DNA of 64,000 nt, from NCBI GenBank assembly GCA_963744655.1, contig CAVUUJ010000002.1:2028005-2092004 (forward strand), read 5' to 3'. This document shows, piece by piece, positions 38,485 to 50,043 of this stretch (positions are counted from its first letter, which is position 1; each line of letters begins with the position of its first letter). The position numbers and the translations under genes were made by a program. The DNA comes from an uncultured bacterium (GTDB taxonomy: Bacteria; Verrucomicrobiota; Kiritimatiellia; PWTM01). The notes beneath the pieces were generated by a model that did not search any database, had not been told where the DNA came from, and worked only from the letters and a program-made list of their open reading frames with translations.

Positions 38485-39452
38485 ACGGGCTCGAGCGCGT
38501 GGTGGACGCCGCGGGGGAGGGGATACGCGTCGACCGCTTCGTGCGGGGTCTCGCGCCGGGCAGCACGCGCGCGCTGGTGCTCGAGGCGGTCGGCGTCGGC
38601 TCGGTGCGCGTCAACGGCGCGCGCGCCGCCAAGGGCGACCGGCTGCGGGCGGGCGACCGCGTCGAGGTCCTCGAACTGGCCGAGGCGCGCGACGTGCGCG
38701 TCGAACCCAACCCGGACCTCCCGCTGTGCGTCGTCGCCGAGACCGCGGCGCTCCTCGCGCTCGACAAGCCGGCCGGGCAGCCGGTGCACCCCCTCTCTCG
38801 CCTGGAACGCGATACGCTGGCCAACGCCCTCGTCGCGCGTCACCCGTGCAGCGCGGACCTCGGCGGCGAACCGCTCATGGCCGGCATCGTCCACCGCATC
38901 GACACCGGCACCTCCGGCCTCGTGCTCGCCGCCCGCACGGCCGGGGCGCGCGCCGCGCTCGTGGACCGGTTCCGCCGGCAGGCGGTCGGCAAGACGTACC
39001 TGGCGCTGTGCGCGGGCGACGTGTCCCGCGGGGCCGAGCTGCGCGACGACCTCTATCACGACCCCGCGTTCCGCGGCAGGATGCTGCGCGCCGCGGCCGG
39101 CCGGCCGCCCGGCCGCGAGCGGCTCTTTCCCGCCGTGACCCGCTTCGAGCCGCTGGGCGGCGACGGGCGGTTCACGCTGCTGCGCGTCGTGATCCGCACG
39201 GGCGTGACGCACCAGGTGCGCTGCCAGCTCGCCGGCGCGGGCCGCCCGCTCGCCGGCGACGCGCTCTACGGCGGGCCGGAGCCGCCTCCGGGCGCCCCGC
39301 CGCGCGCGGGGCACTGGCTGCACGCGCTCGGCGTCGCGTTCGACGATCCGCCCGGGGACGTGCCGCCCCGCCTGGTCGCGCCGGCCCCGGCGGCCTTCCG
39401 GCCCTGGCTGGAAGCCGCGGGCCTCGGGGCGGACGGAGGGGAAGCGGGATGA
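38478..39452 (+). CDS. RluA-family pseudouridine synthase
   Basis: ATG 38478 overlaps the upstream stop. S4-like N-domain, catalytic 'HRIDTGTSGLVLAA' and 'GKTYLAL'. Confidence 0.8.
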   Translation: MLNGLERVVDAAGEGIRVDRFVRGLAPGSTRALVLEAVGVGSVRVNGARAAKGDRLRAGDRVEVLELAEARDVRVEPNPDLPLCVVAETAALLALDKPAGQPVHPLSRLERDTLANALVARHPCSADLGGEPLMAGIVHRIDTGTSGLVLAARTAGARAALVDRFRRQAVGKTYLALCAGDVSRGAELRDDLYHDPAFRGRMLRAAAGRPPGRERLFPAVTRFEPLGGDGRFTLLRVVIRTGVTHQVRCQLAGAGRPLAGDALYGGPEPPPGAPPRAGHWLHALGVAFDDPPGDVPPRLVAPAPAAFRPWLEAAGLGADGGEAG

Positions 39453-41533
39453 AACGCGCCGCCCATCGCGGGGCGGGGCCCGGCCGCCGCGTGCGGCCGC
39501 TCGCCGCCGCGCTGGTCCTGCTCGCCGGCCTCCCCGCGCCGGCCCTGCCGGACCGCGCCGCGTGGCACGAGCCGCACGCCGTCTTCCGGATGGACGTCGA
39601 CCGCGTCGCCGGTTCGCCCTGGCCCGCGACCTGCGGCGAGCTCGCCTTCTGCGCCGGCGCCCTGGACCCGCTCCGCTGCGAACTGGGCATGAGGACCCCC
39701 GACGGACGGCCCGTCGGCGTCTCGGTGGTGTGGGCCTCGCCGGGCCGGCCCCTCCGGCTGCTCTTCGACACCTCCTCGGGCGACGAGACCTACGTGCTCT
39801 ACGCCGGGGGGAGCATCCGCACGCCCGTGCCGGGGTGGACGCCCGAAGCGGGCCTGCTGCTGGAGACGAGGGGGTCGGACGCGCCGCCGGTCGAGTCCGT
39901 GACGCACTTCCGGCGCGCGTGGGCCGCCAGCCGCGACGTGCAGGGGCGAAGGACGGTGCCGAGGATCCACTACGGCCTCAACCCGCTCGGTCCCCCGACG
40001 CGGTACCTCGCCCGCTACGCAGGCTACTTCTCCGTTCCGGAGGAAGGGGTCTACCGGCTGGCCACCGTGTCCGACGACGCCTCCTTCGTGCTCGTCGACG
40101 GCCGGGAGGTCGCCGGGTGGCCCGGGGAACACGGCGTCGCGGGCGGCCGGCTCGGCGAACACGCGGGTTCCGTCCGCCTGGCCGCGGGCCGGCACACGAT
40201 CGAGTACCTGCATGCCCAGGGCGCCGGCGACACGTACGCCTCGCTGGCCTGGCGCCCGCCCGGCCGCGACCGCTTCGAGATCGTGCCGGCGAAGGCGTTT
40301 CCCCCCGTGGCACGCTTCGAGGTGGCCGGGGCCGTGACGGCCGAGGGGGCGCGCACGGTGCCCTTCGCCTGGCGGACGGAGTCCCACCTCTTCGCCGGCG
40401 GTCGCGCCCTCGTGCAGGTCGCCCTGGAGGTCGTCTCCCCCGACCCGTCCGTCGTCTACCGCTGGACCCTGGACGACGGGACGGTCGCGGAGGGGCCGGC
40501 GTGGACACACTGGTTCCTGCGCCCCGGCCTGCGCGGCATGCGACTCGAGGCGCTGGCCGCCGGCCGCCGCCCGGCGGCCGCGGCCGGGCGGATCGACGCG
40601 GCCCCGCTGTGGGACGAGCGCGTGCGCTGGTCCGGCGAGCGTTTCGCGGGCGCGAAGCCGGGGCTGCTGGAGCGGCCGCTGGACGGGGTGCCGCTCGCCG
40701 ACCTGGTGCACTACCTCCGGTGGATCGTCGAGCTGGACGACCTGGACCTGCTGCGCGTCGCGGGGGCGGAGCTGTTGCGCCGGGTCGACGCGCTGCCCGC
40801 CGGGGATCTCGACCTGCTGCCGCCCCTCGGCACCGGCTATGCCGACCCGTCCGTCCGCGACTACGCGCGGGCCGAGGCCGCCGAGCGGGCCCTGCTGGCG
40901 CGGGGCGACGCCGATCCCGCCCTCGCGGCGCGGGCGCGCCTGCGGCTGGCCCGGCTGCTGCTCGACGTGCGGGGCGACGCGGCGGCCGCGGAGGCGGCGG
41001 CCGGGGCGGGTGCCGCGTGGCCCGACGGGGCCTCGGGGCGCGCGTACGAGCTGCTCCGGGCGGACCTGCTCCTGGCGCGGGGCGACGCGGATGCGGCGTA
41101 CCGCGCCTACCTGGCGCTCACGCCCGCCGGGAGCCTGCGCGACCGGCGCCTCGCGGCGCGCCGCCGCGCGGACCTCGAGTACGCCGGGGACCTCATCCGG
41201 CGGGAGGAATGGGACCCGGCGGCCCGGAAGCTGGAGCAGGTCCGCCGGGAGCAGCCGGTCGAGCGCATGGCGCCCGACATCGGCCTGGCGCTTGCGCGCG
41301 CGATGCTCGGGCGCGGCGAGGTCGAGAAGGCCGACCAGCTCGGCCGGCGTCTGCTGCCCGTCGCCGTGCGCGACGACGACCGGGCGGGGTTGCTCTACCT
41401 GCTCGCCGAGACCGGTTTTGCGCTCGGCCGCGCCGGGGAGGCGGTCGCGTCGCTCGCCCGGCTCGCGGCCGGGCACCGGTACAGCGAGGCGGCGGCTCGC
41501 GCACGGGACCGGTGGCCCGGGTACATGCCCTGA
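39449..41533 (+). CDS. secreted PA14-domain protein with C-terminal TPR-like helical repeats
   Basis: ATG 39449 overlaps the rluA stop as ATGA. Signal peptide present. PA14-like core 'YAGYFSVPEEGVYRLATVSDDASFVLVDGREV...GRHTIEYLHAQGAGDTYASLAWRP'. The C-terminal 300 aa are Ala/Leu/Arg-rich repeats. Confidence 0.6.
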   Translation: MKRAAHRGAGPGRRVRPLAAALVLLAGLPAPALPDRAAWHEPHAVFRMDVDRVAGSPWPATCGELAFCAGALDPLRCELGMRTPDGRPVGVSVVWASPGRPLRLLFDTSSGDETYVLYAGGSIRTPVPGWTPEAGLLLETRGSDAPPVESVTHFRRAWAASRDVQGRRTVPRIHYGLNPLGPPTRYLARYAGYFSVPEEGVYRLATVSDDASFVLVDGREVAGWPGEHGVAGGRLGEHAGSVRLAAGRHTIEYLHAQGAGDTYASLAWRPPGRDRFEIVPAKAFPPVARFEVAGAVTAEGARTVPFAWRTESHLFAGGRALVQVALEVVSPDPSVVYRWTLDDGTVAEGPAWTHWFLRPGLRGMRLEALAAGRRPAAAAGRIDAAPLWDERVRWSGERFAGAKPGLLERPLDGVPLADLVHYLRWIVELDDLDLLRVAGAELLRRVDALPAGDLDLLPPLGTGYADPSVRDYARAEAAERALLARGDADPALAARARLRLARLLLDVRGDAAAAEAAAGAGAAWPDGASGRAYELLRADLLLARGDADAAYRAYLALTPAGSLRDRRLAARRRADLEYAGDLIRREEWDPAARKLEQVRREQPVERMAPDIGLALARAMLGRGEVEKADQLGRRLLPVAVRDDDRAGLLYLLAETGFALGRAGEAVASLARLAAGHRYSEAAARARDRWPGYMP

Positions 41534-41641
41534 GCGCCCGCCGACGGGGCGCGCAGGGGCTGCTGCGCGGAACGCGCGGCGGGTGTAGACTGGACTGTGC
41601 GGCGGGCTAACGCGGGCCCGCGGCGGGAGGGGCGGACGAAC

Positions 41642-43207
41642 ATGAACACGCGGAGCGTACGACAGTCCGGAAGGACGCCGGGCGGCGCGGCAGGCCGGCG
41701 CCGGCGCGGCCTCGCGCTGGCCGCCCTCGCGCTGCTCGCGCCGGGCGCGCGCGCGGGCGAGGACGACTGGTTCGTCCCGCTGGGCCGTCCCCCGAAGGCC
41801 TCGCCGCGGCGCATCTCCGGCGGCGAATCGTTCCCGCCGCTCCCGCTGCCGGCGACCCCGCTGCGCCGCTCGGAGCGCAAGAGGGAACCCGCCCCGCCGC
41901 AGCTCGTCGCCAAGATCGTGTGGGGGGAGTCCGGGCTGTTCCAGTACGAGGGCGGCGGGACGGCCCGGGTCACCGACTGGAACCAGTGTCCCTCGGACCT
42001 CCAGCAGCTGCTGCGGCGGGCCGCGGGGACGGTCGGCGTTTCGTACGGTTCCGCCGCGGTGCCCCTCGCCGGGTTCCACGGCGACCCGGCGCGCACGCCC
42101 GTGCTCTTCTTCAGCGGCTCGCGCAGCGTGCGCCTCGACGGGGAGCAGCTGGCGCAACTCCGCGGCTACGTGCTCCGCGGCGGGATGGTCGTCTGCGACA
42201 ACATCGCCGGGTCGCCCTACTTCTACGCGTCGATGCGCGAGATGGTCGCCGGGGCCTTCCCGGAGTCCGCCCTGCGCGTCGTGCCCCCCGACCATCCGCT
42301 CTACCACATGGTCGTCGACGTGGGCCGCGTCCGCTACCCGCGCAACCTCGACGCGACCGAGCCGTTTCTCGAGGCGGTCTACGTGGGGTGCCGGATCGGC
42401 GTGCTGGTCTCCCGCTACGGGCTGGGCTGCGGGTGGGACGGCCGCGAGGTGCCGTTTCTCGACAAGGCCGTCTTCTACGACGTGGCGTCGGCCAGGCGGA
42501 TCGGCCTGAACCTCGTGGCCTACGCGGTGGGCTATGCCGAGGCCGCGCGCGAGGAGGCGAAACCGGAGCTGTTCGGGGCGCTCGACGAACGCGCGCCCAC
42601 CGACGAGTTCGTGTTCGCCCAGCTCCGCCACGGGGGCGCCTGGAACGTCCACCCGGGCGGCGCCGCCGCCCTGCTGCGGCGCCTGCGCCAGCACACCTCG
42701 CTGCGCGTCAGCCTCCGGCGCGTGGAGGTGGACCCGGCCCGGGACGACCTCGCCGGCTACCCGTTCCTGTACCTCGCCGGGCTGGACGAGTTCGCCTTCG
42801 ACGACACCGCCGTCGCGCGCCTGCGCCACTTCCTCAACGGGGCCGGCACGCTGCTGGTGAACAACGGGCTGGGGCTTTCGACCTTCGACCGCGCCGCCCG
42901 CCGCGAACTCAAGCGCATCCTGCCGGAGGCCGAGCTGCAGCCCGTCCCCCCGGAGCACCCCCTGTACCGGGCGGTCTTCGACACCCGCACCGTGCGCTAC
43001 ACCCCCGCGGCCGCCGGCGCGGACGGCCTCGAGGGCCCCCCGCGGCTGGAGGGCGTCACGATCAACGGCGCGCTGCGCGTGATCTACAGCCCGCTGGACA
43101 TCGAGGCGGGCTGGCAGGGCAGCGACCACCCGCTCGCGCGCGGCTACGACCCGCACTCGGCCATGGCCCTGGGCGTGAACATCATCCTGTACTCGGCGAC
43201 GCACTGA
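41642..43207 (+). CDS. secreted protein with two DUF4159-like domains (Bat/MoxR-cluster associated)
   Basis: RBS 'gggagggg' precedes ATG 41642. Signal peptide present. Internally repeated modules 'PVLFFSGSRSVRLDGEQLAQLRGYVLRGGMVVCDN' and 'PFLYLAGLDEFAFDDTAVARLRHFLNGAGTLLVNN'. Confidence 0.55.
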   Translation: MNTRSVRQSGRTPGGAAGRRRRGLALAALALLAPGARAGEDDWFVPLGRPPKASPRRISGGESFPPLPLPATPLRRSERKREPAPPQLVAKIVWGESGLFQYEGGGTARVTDWNQCPSDLQQLLRRAAGTVGVSYGSAAVPLAGFHGDPARTPVLFFSGSRSVRLDGEQLAQLRGYVLRGGMVVCDNIAGSPYFYASMREMVAGAFPESALRVVPPDHPLYHMVVDVGRVRYPRNLDATEPFLEAVYVGCRIGVLVSRYGLGCGWDGREVPFLDKAVFYDVASARRIGLNLVAYAVGYAEAAREEAKPELFGALDERAPTDEFVFAQLRHGGAWNVHPGGAAALLRRLRQHTSLRVSLRRVEVDPARDDLAGYPFLYLAGLDEFAFDDTAVARLRHFLNGAGTLLVNNGLGLSTFDRAARRELKRILPEAELQPVPPEHPLYRAVFDTRTVRYTPAAAGADGLEGPPRLEGVTINGALRVIYSPLDIEAGWQGSDHPLARGYDPHSAMALGVNIILYSATH

Positions 43208-43287
43208 GGCGCGGGCGCCGGGGCCTTGCCGCGGGCCGCCCGGGCGCGCTAGGTTCACGGGCGGGCGCGGCGGCGGGAGGGGAGCGC

Positions 43288-44688
<1,401 letters not shown>

Positions 44689-44761
44689 GAAGGCGCGCCG
44701 CGTGCCGCAGCGGGGACCGTCCCGGAAGCGCCGCCGAGCGTGAACCGCGGGGGAGGCCCGC

Positions 44762-45652
44762 TTGACACAGCCCCCGGTCTACAAGTTCCTGCCCGCCGAG
44801 CTGGCCGACCGCCTGCGCGGGTTCGGGCTCACGGTGCGCAAGCCGGTCGAGGGCGCGCTCCAGGGGCTGCACCGCTCGCCGCACCTCGGCGCGTCGGTCG
44901 AGTTCGCCGAGTACCGCGAGTACGTGCCCGGGGACCCCGTCCAGCTCATCGACTGGGCCGTCTACGCCCGCTCCGACCGCTACGTGATCCGCCGCTACCG
45001 GGAGGAGACGAACGTCCGCGGCTACGTCGTGCTCGACACCTCCGGCAGCATGCGCTTCCGCGGGGAGGGGCCGATGTCGAAGCTCGATTTCGCCTGCTAC
45101 CTCGCCGCCGCCCTCCTGTTCATCCTCGTGCACCAGGGGGATGCCGCCGCGCTGCTGACGTTCGACGACCGGGTCCGCGACACGTTCCAGCCCGCGCGTT
45201 CGTTCGAAGGGCTGCGCCCGATGCTCGGCCGCCTCGAGGCGCTGCGGCCGGCCGGGCGCGGCGACCTGGAGGCCGTCCTCCACCGCGTCGCGGAAACGGT
45301 GCACGCGCGCAGCCTCGTGGTCCTCGTCTCCGACCTGCTCGAGCCCTCCGGAGGCCTGCTGCGCGGGCTCCGGCACCTGCAGCACTACGGCCACGACACG
45401 ACCGTGCTGCACGTGCTGGACCCCGGCGAATTGCACCTGGCGCCCTCGGGCGTGACGGAGTTCCGCGACATGGAGGACGGCCGCCGCCTGCTCGTGGAGG
45501 TCGACCAGGTGCGCGACGCCTACGCCCACGAGGTCGAACGCTACCTCGACGAGGTGCGCCGCGGCTGCGCCGACGGCGGCGCGCACTACGAGATGGTAAC
45601 CACCTCGGTCCCGGTGGAGGAGGCCCTGCGGGGGAGGGTCACGCGCGCATGA
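44762..45652 (+). CDS. DUF58-domain protein (MoxR-associated, vWA-like fold)
   Basis: TTG 44762 after 'gggggagg'. 'EFAEYREYVPGDPVQLIDWAVYARSDRYVIRRYREETNVRGYVVLDTSGSM'. Confidence 0.75.
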   Translation: MTQPPVYKFLPAELADRLRGFGLTVRKPVEGALQGLHRSPHLGASVEFAEYREYVPGDPVQLIDWAVYARSDRYVIRRYREETNVRGYVVLDTSGSMRFRGEGPMSKLDFACYLAAALLFILVHQGDAAALLTFDDRVRDTFQPARSFEGLRPMLGRLEALRPAGRGDLEAVLHRVAETVHARSLVVLVSDLLEPSGGLLRGLRHLQHYGHDTTVLHVLDPGELHLAPSGVTEFRDMEDGRRLLVEVDQVRDAYAHEVERYLDEVRRGCADGGAHYEMVTTSVPVEEALRGRVTRA

Positions 45653-47772
45653 GCGGCCTCACCCTCCTGCACCCGCTGTTCGCCTGGCTGCTCCCGCTCG
45701 CGGGGCTGCCGGTCCTCTTTCACTTCTTCCTCCGCGTCCGCAAGCGCTCGCGGCCGTTCTCCACGCTCATGTTCTTCCACCGCATCGACCCGCGGATGAG
45801 CTCGCGGCGCCGCCTGCGCGAGTGGCTGATCCTGCTCCTGCGCTGCCTGCTCCTGTTCTTCTTCCTGCTCGCGCTCGCCCGGCCCGTCTGGCGCGCGGCC
45901 GGGGGGCGCGGCCGGCTCGGCATCGTGATGGTGATCGACAACTCGGCCTCGATGCGCCGCCCTGCCGGGGACGGGCGCAGCCGGCTGGACCGCGCCGTCG
46001 AGGCGTGCCGCGCGATGGTCGCCTCGCTCCGGCCGGGCGACACCGCGGGCCTCGCGCTCCTCGTCCCCGATGCCGCCGTGTCCCTGCCGGAGACGATGAG
46101 CGCGGACCGGGCCCTGCTGCGGGCGGCGCTCGACCAGGTGCGCCCGACGGACGCCTCGGGCGCCCCCGCCGCGGCGCTCGAGCGGGCCGTCCTCCTGCTC
46201 GGCAACCCGCCGGTCCCCCGGGGACTCGTCCACGTGCTGAGCGACCTGCAGCGGACGGAGTGGAACCGGCTGCCCGCCTCGCTGCCGCGGCCCGGGCCCG
46301 GCACCTCGATCTTCGTGCACCGCCTGGCCGGGGACGGGGAGGAGGTCAACGCGGGGCTGCTGGGGGTCGAACGCGCCGCCCGCGAACTGGTCGCGGGCCG
46401 CAGGGCCCGCGCCGAGGCGGTGCTGCGCGCGGCGGGCGGCGGGTTCGCGCACGTCCGGCTGCAGACCCGCGACGACGCCGGCGGCCTCTCGTCGGAGGCG
46501 GTGACGCTGGCCGCGGACGAGGAGCGCCGCGTGGGCCTCGCGCTCCGGACCGATACGCCCGGCGTCCACTGGACGGAGGTGTGGATCGAAGGCGACGACT
46601 TCGAGGGCGACAACCGGGCGGCGCTGGTCTACCGCGTGCGGCCCCGCCAGGAGGTGCTCCTCCTCGGCGGCCGGGCGGACTACGGCCTGCTCCCCGCCGC
46701 CCTCTCGCCCGGCGGCGAGGGCGAGCTGACCGGCCTGGTGCCGCGCTTCGTCGACCCCGCGGACGCGGGGGCGGACCGGTTCGGCCCGGACACGCGGCTG
46801 GTCGCCTGCACGTGGGACCGGCTGGCCGGGCTGCTCGCCGCCGGCGGCGGGACCGGGGACGCGCTGCGCGCCTACGTCGAGGCGGGCGGGAACCTCCTGC
46901 TCCTGCCCGCGCCCGGCGCGAGCGCGCCGGTGGACGGGCTGCCCGGCTGGCTCGGCGCGGGCGCCGGGCCCGCGGAGGAGGCGGAGGCCGGCGCCCCGCT
47001 GCGCGCCTTCACCCGGAGCGACCCGGTCCTGGACGGCCTGCTGAACGCCGCGGGCGAGGTCAACCTCGCGGGGGCGCGGGCGGCCCGGTGGCAGCCGCTG
47101 CGCCTCGCCCCCGCCTGGACCGCGCTCGCCGGGCTGGAGAACGGCGTGCCCCTCCTCGCCGCGAGCCGGGCGGGCGCCGGGCGGATCTTCGCCTCCGGGA
47201 TGGCGTTCGACCCCGCGTGGACCACGCTCACGCTCAAGGGCGCGTTCGTGGCGCTCGCGCACAACATGGCCCTCGCCGCCGGCGCGGCCGACGCCGGGCT
47301 CGCCGCCGTCGTCGCCGGGAACCGCCCGCCGCGGCTGCCCGGCGCCGGCGCGGGCGCGGCCGTCGGGCTGCGCACCCTGGCCGGCGTCCCGCTCGCGTGG
47401 CAGGGCGAGGAGGAGGCGCGGCCCGTCCTGCCGCGGGCGGGCGTGTACGAGCTGTCCGGCGGCGGGCACACCCTGTACGCGGCCGCGAGCGCCGACCCCG
47501 CCGAGGGGCCCGCGCTCTACGTCGGGGACGCCCCGGTCCCCGCGCTGGGCGACCTGCGCCACGAGGTCCTGCCCTTCGGCGGCGGCGAGCAGCTGGTCGA
47601 GACCACGACCCGTTCCCGCCGGTCCCTCGACACGTACCTGCCCCTGCTGCTGGCCGCGCTGCTGTGCCTGCTGGCGGAAGGCTGGCTGGCCAACGCGCCG
47701 CCCCGCCGCGCCGGCCGGACCGCGCGGCCCGCACCCGCGGCGGGCGCCGCGGGCGCGGAGGCCGCGCCGTGA
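45649..47772 (+). CDS. BatA-like membrane protein: BatA_N double-TM N-terminus + von Willebrand factor A domain + long C-terminal region with terminal TM
   Basis: ATG 45649 overlaps the DUF58 stop. N-terminus 'LLHPLFAWLLPLAGLPVLFHFFL'. vWA 'LGIVMVIDNSASM' (MIDAS DxSxS). C-terminal TM 'YLPLLLAALLCLLAEGWL'. Confidence 0.7.
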   Translation: MSGLTLLHPLFAWLLPLAGLPVLFHFFLRVRKRSRPFSTLMFFHRIDPRMSSRRRLREWLILLLRCLLLFFFLLALARPVWRAAGGRGRLGIVMVIDNSASMRRPAGDGRSRLDRAVEACRAMVASLRPGDTAGLALLVPDAAVSLPETMSADRALLRAALDQVRPTDASGAPAAALERAVLLLGNPPVPRGLVHVLSDLQRTEWNRLPASLPRPGPGTSIFVHRLAGDGEEVNAGLLGVERAARELVAGRRARAEAVLRAAGGGFAHVRLQTRDDAGGLSSEAVTLAADEERRVGLALRTDTPGVHWTEVWIEGDDFEGDNRAALVYRVRPRQEVLLLGGRADYGLLPAALSPGGEGELTGLVPRFVDPADAGADRFGPDTRLVACTWDRLAGLLAAGGGTGDALRAYVEAGGNLLLLPAPGASAPVDGLPGWLGAGAGPAEEAEAGAPLRAFTRSDPVLDGLLNAAGEVNLAGARAARWQPLRLAPAWTALAGLENGVPLLAASRAGAGRIFASGMAFDPAWTTLTLKGAFVALAHNMALAAGAADAGLAAVVAGNRPPRLPGAGAGAAVGLRTLAGVPLAWQGEEEARPVLPRAGVYELSGGGHTLYAAASADPAEGPALYVGDAPVPALGDLRHEVLPFGGGEQLVETTTRSRRSLDTYLPLLLAALLCLLAEGWLANAPPRRAGRTARPAPAAGAAGAEAAP

Positions 47773-49985
47773 GCGGCGCCCTCCAGTGGCACTCGCACCT
47801 CGACCCGCTCTGGGCGGGCCTGCTCGTGCTGGCCTGCGCCGGGTGGATGGCCGCGCTGGCGCGGCGGCTTCGCGGCCGCTACCGGCCCGGGCGCGTCGCG
47901 CTGCTGCTCGCGCCGAAGGGGCTCGTCCTGCTCGTGCTGCTGCTCGGCCTCTTCGAGCCCGTCATGCGGCGGGAGCGCCGCGCGGACGAGGGCGGCGCCC
48001 TGCTGGCGGTCGTCGACGTGTCGGGCTCGATGGAGACCGCGGACGACGGCGAGGCGCCGCGCCGCGAACGGGCGCGCCGCCTCGCGGCGTCGCTGCGCGA
48101 GGCGCTGCCGGCCGGCGTTCCGCTGGACCTGCGCGAGTTCGATACCGGCGTGCGCGCGTCGTCCGGCCAGGCCCTCGCCCGCGCCCGGACCGGCGCCGCG
48201 GGGGACACGGACCTCGGCGCCTGCCTCCTCGCCCTGGACAGCGGGTTCGACGCCTCGGCGTGCGCCGGCATCGTGCTGTTCACCGACGGGGGCGACGAGC
48301 GGCTCGACCGCCCGAGGCTGCCCGGCGTCCCGGTGTCGATCGTCGGCTTCGGCACCGATCCGGCCGGGTGGGACGATCTCGCCGTCGACGCGGTGGACGC
48401 GCCCGCGTCCGCCGAGAAGGACATCGCGTTCGAGGTGTCGGTCGACGCGCGGCTCCTGGCCGCCTCGCCCGCCTTCGCCGCCCGCGCCGCCCGGACCGTG
48501 GTGCGCCTCGAGGAGGAGCAGGCGGACGGGACGTGGCGCGCGGCGGGGGAGGAGCCGCTCGACCTCTCGCGGGGCCGCGCCACGGCGCGTTTCCGCGTCA
48601 CCGCGGCCGGCGCCGGCCTGCGTCGCTACCGCGCGTCGCTCCCGCCCGTCGAGGGGGAGGTGTCCGCGCTCAACAACGGGCGCCTCTTCACGGTCGACGT
48701 GCGGAAGAAGTCGGTCCACGTCCTCTTCTTCACGCGCGAGATCGGGATGGACTTCAAGATGGTCCGCGACGAGCTGGCGCGCGACCCGGGCGTGGCCTTC
48801 ACGGGGCTGTTCCGCACCGTCGGCGAGCGCTTCACCGTGCTGGGCGAACCGCCGGCGGACCCGGCGTCGCTCGAGAACGGCTTTCCGGTCGACGACGGGG
48901 TGCTGCGCGCGTTTGACGTGGTGGTGCTGGGTTCGTTCCCGGCAGCCGACTGGTCCGGGGCGCAGATGGCGGCGCTCGCCCGCCGCGTGGAGGAGGGCGG
49001 GGCCGCCGTGTTCCTCGGCGGGGACGACGCCTTCGGGCGGGGCGGCTACGCGGGGTCGCCGCTGGCGTCCCTGATGCCCTGGGCCGTGTCGCCCGACGAG
49101 CCGCCGCCCGTCACGGGCGCGTTCCCCGTGCTCGTGCCGGCCGCGGCCGCCTCGCACCCCGTCGTGGCCGGGCTGGGCACCGCGTGGTCCGCCGAGGCGC
49201 CGACGCTGGAGGGCGTGAACCGGCCGGGCCCCCTGCGGCCCGGCGCGACGGCGGTGCTCCGGGCGTCCGTGGGGCGGGGGACCGTGCCGGTCGTGGCCGT
49301 GCAGTCCTACGGCCGGGGCCGGACGATGGGCCTCGCGGCCAACACGACGTGGAAGTGGGCGCGCCGCAGCGAGGCGCTGCGCGCCGCCTACGGCCGGTTC
49401 TGGAGGCAGGCGGTCCGCTACCTCGCCGGCGCGTCGGAGGGCGGGCAGCTGCTTTCGGTCCGGTGGGACCGCCCCGCCTACCGGCCCGGCGAGACGGCGG
49501 TTGCGGAGGTGCGCGTGCTGGACGGCGGCCCGGAGGAACCCCTCCGGCTCAGCGCCACGCTCGCGGCGCCCGACGGCACGTCGGCGCCCGTGGCGGTCAC
49601 CCCCGTGCAGGGCCTGCCCGGCACGTCGCGGGCGCGGCTGGTCTTCCCCGTGCGGGGCGAGTACCGCTTCGCGCTCACGGCCCTGCGGGGCGACCGTACC
49701 GTGGAGCGCTTCGAGAAGCGGCTGCCCGTCGCGCCGCTCGTCCCCGAGGGCGCCCGCCTCGAAGTCGACGCCGCGTTCCTGGACGGGATCGCCTCGCGGA
49801 CGGGCGGCGCCTACTGGCCCGAGGCGGAGGCCGAGGCCTTCCTGCGCGAACAGGCCCGGGGCCTGTGGCGCAGGACCACGGTCGTGGAGTCGCCGTTGTT
49901 CCAGGGCGGCCCGGGCGTCGCGCTCTTCCTGCTCGCCGTGCTGATGATGGAGTGGGTGCTCCGCCGCATGCTGAACCTCTTCTGA
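47769..49985 (+). CDS. second membrane-anchored vWA-domain protein (BatB-like) with large extracytoplasmic C-terminal domain and terminal TM
   Basis: GTG 47769 overlaps the upstream stop. N-terminal TMs. vWA 'ALLAVVDVSGSMETADDG'. C-terminal TM 'VALFLLAVLMMEWVLRRML'. Confidence 0.65.
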   Translation: MSGALQWHSHLDPLWAGLLVLACAGWMAALARRLRGRYRPGRVALLLAPKGLVLLVLLLGLFEPVMRRERRADEGGALLAVVDVSGSMETADDGEAPRRERARRLAASLREALPAGVPLDLREFDTGVRASSGQALARARTGAAGDTDLGACLLALDSGFDASACAGIVLFTDGGDERLDRPRLPGVPVSIVGFGTDPAGWDDLAVDAVDAPASAEKDIAFEVSVDARLLAASPAFAARAARTVVRLEEEQADGTWRAAGEEPLDLSRGRATARFRVTAAGAGLRRYRASLPPVEGEVSALNNGRLFTVDVRKKSVHVLFFTREIGMDFKMVRDELARDPGVAFTGLFRTVGERFTVLGEPPADPASLENGFPVDDGVLRAFDVVVLGSFPAADWSGAQMAALARRVEEGGAAVFLGGDDAFGRGGYAGSPLASLMPWAVSPDEPPPVTGAFPVLVPAAAASHPVVAGLGTAWSAEAPTLEGVNRPGPLRPGATAVLRASVGRGTVPVVAVQSYGRGRTMGLAANTTWKWARRSEALRAAYGRFWRQAVRYLAGASEGGQLLSVRWDRPAYRPGETAVAEVRVLDGGPEEPLRLSATLAAPDGTSAPVAVTPVQGLPGTSRARLVFPVRGEYRFALTALRGDRTVERFEKRLPVAPLVPEGARLEVDAAFLDGIASRTGGAYWPEAEAEAFLREQARGLWRRTTVVESPLFQGGPGVALFLLAVLMMEWVLRRMLNLF

Positions 49986-50043
49986 GCCCGCCGCCGCGCA
50001 CGGGGGGGTTGCCCTGCGCGCCGCCGCGGGGCACCATCGGGGC

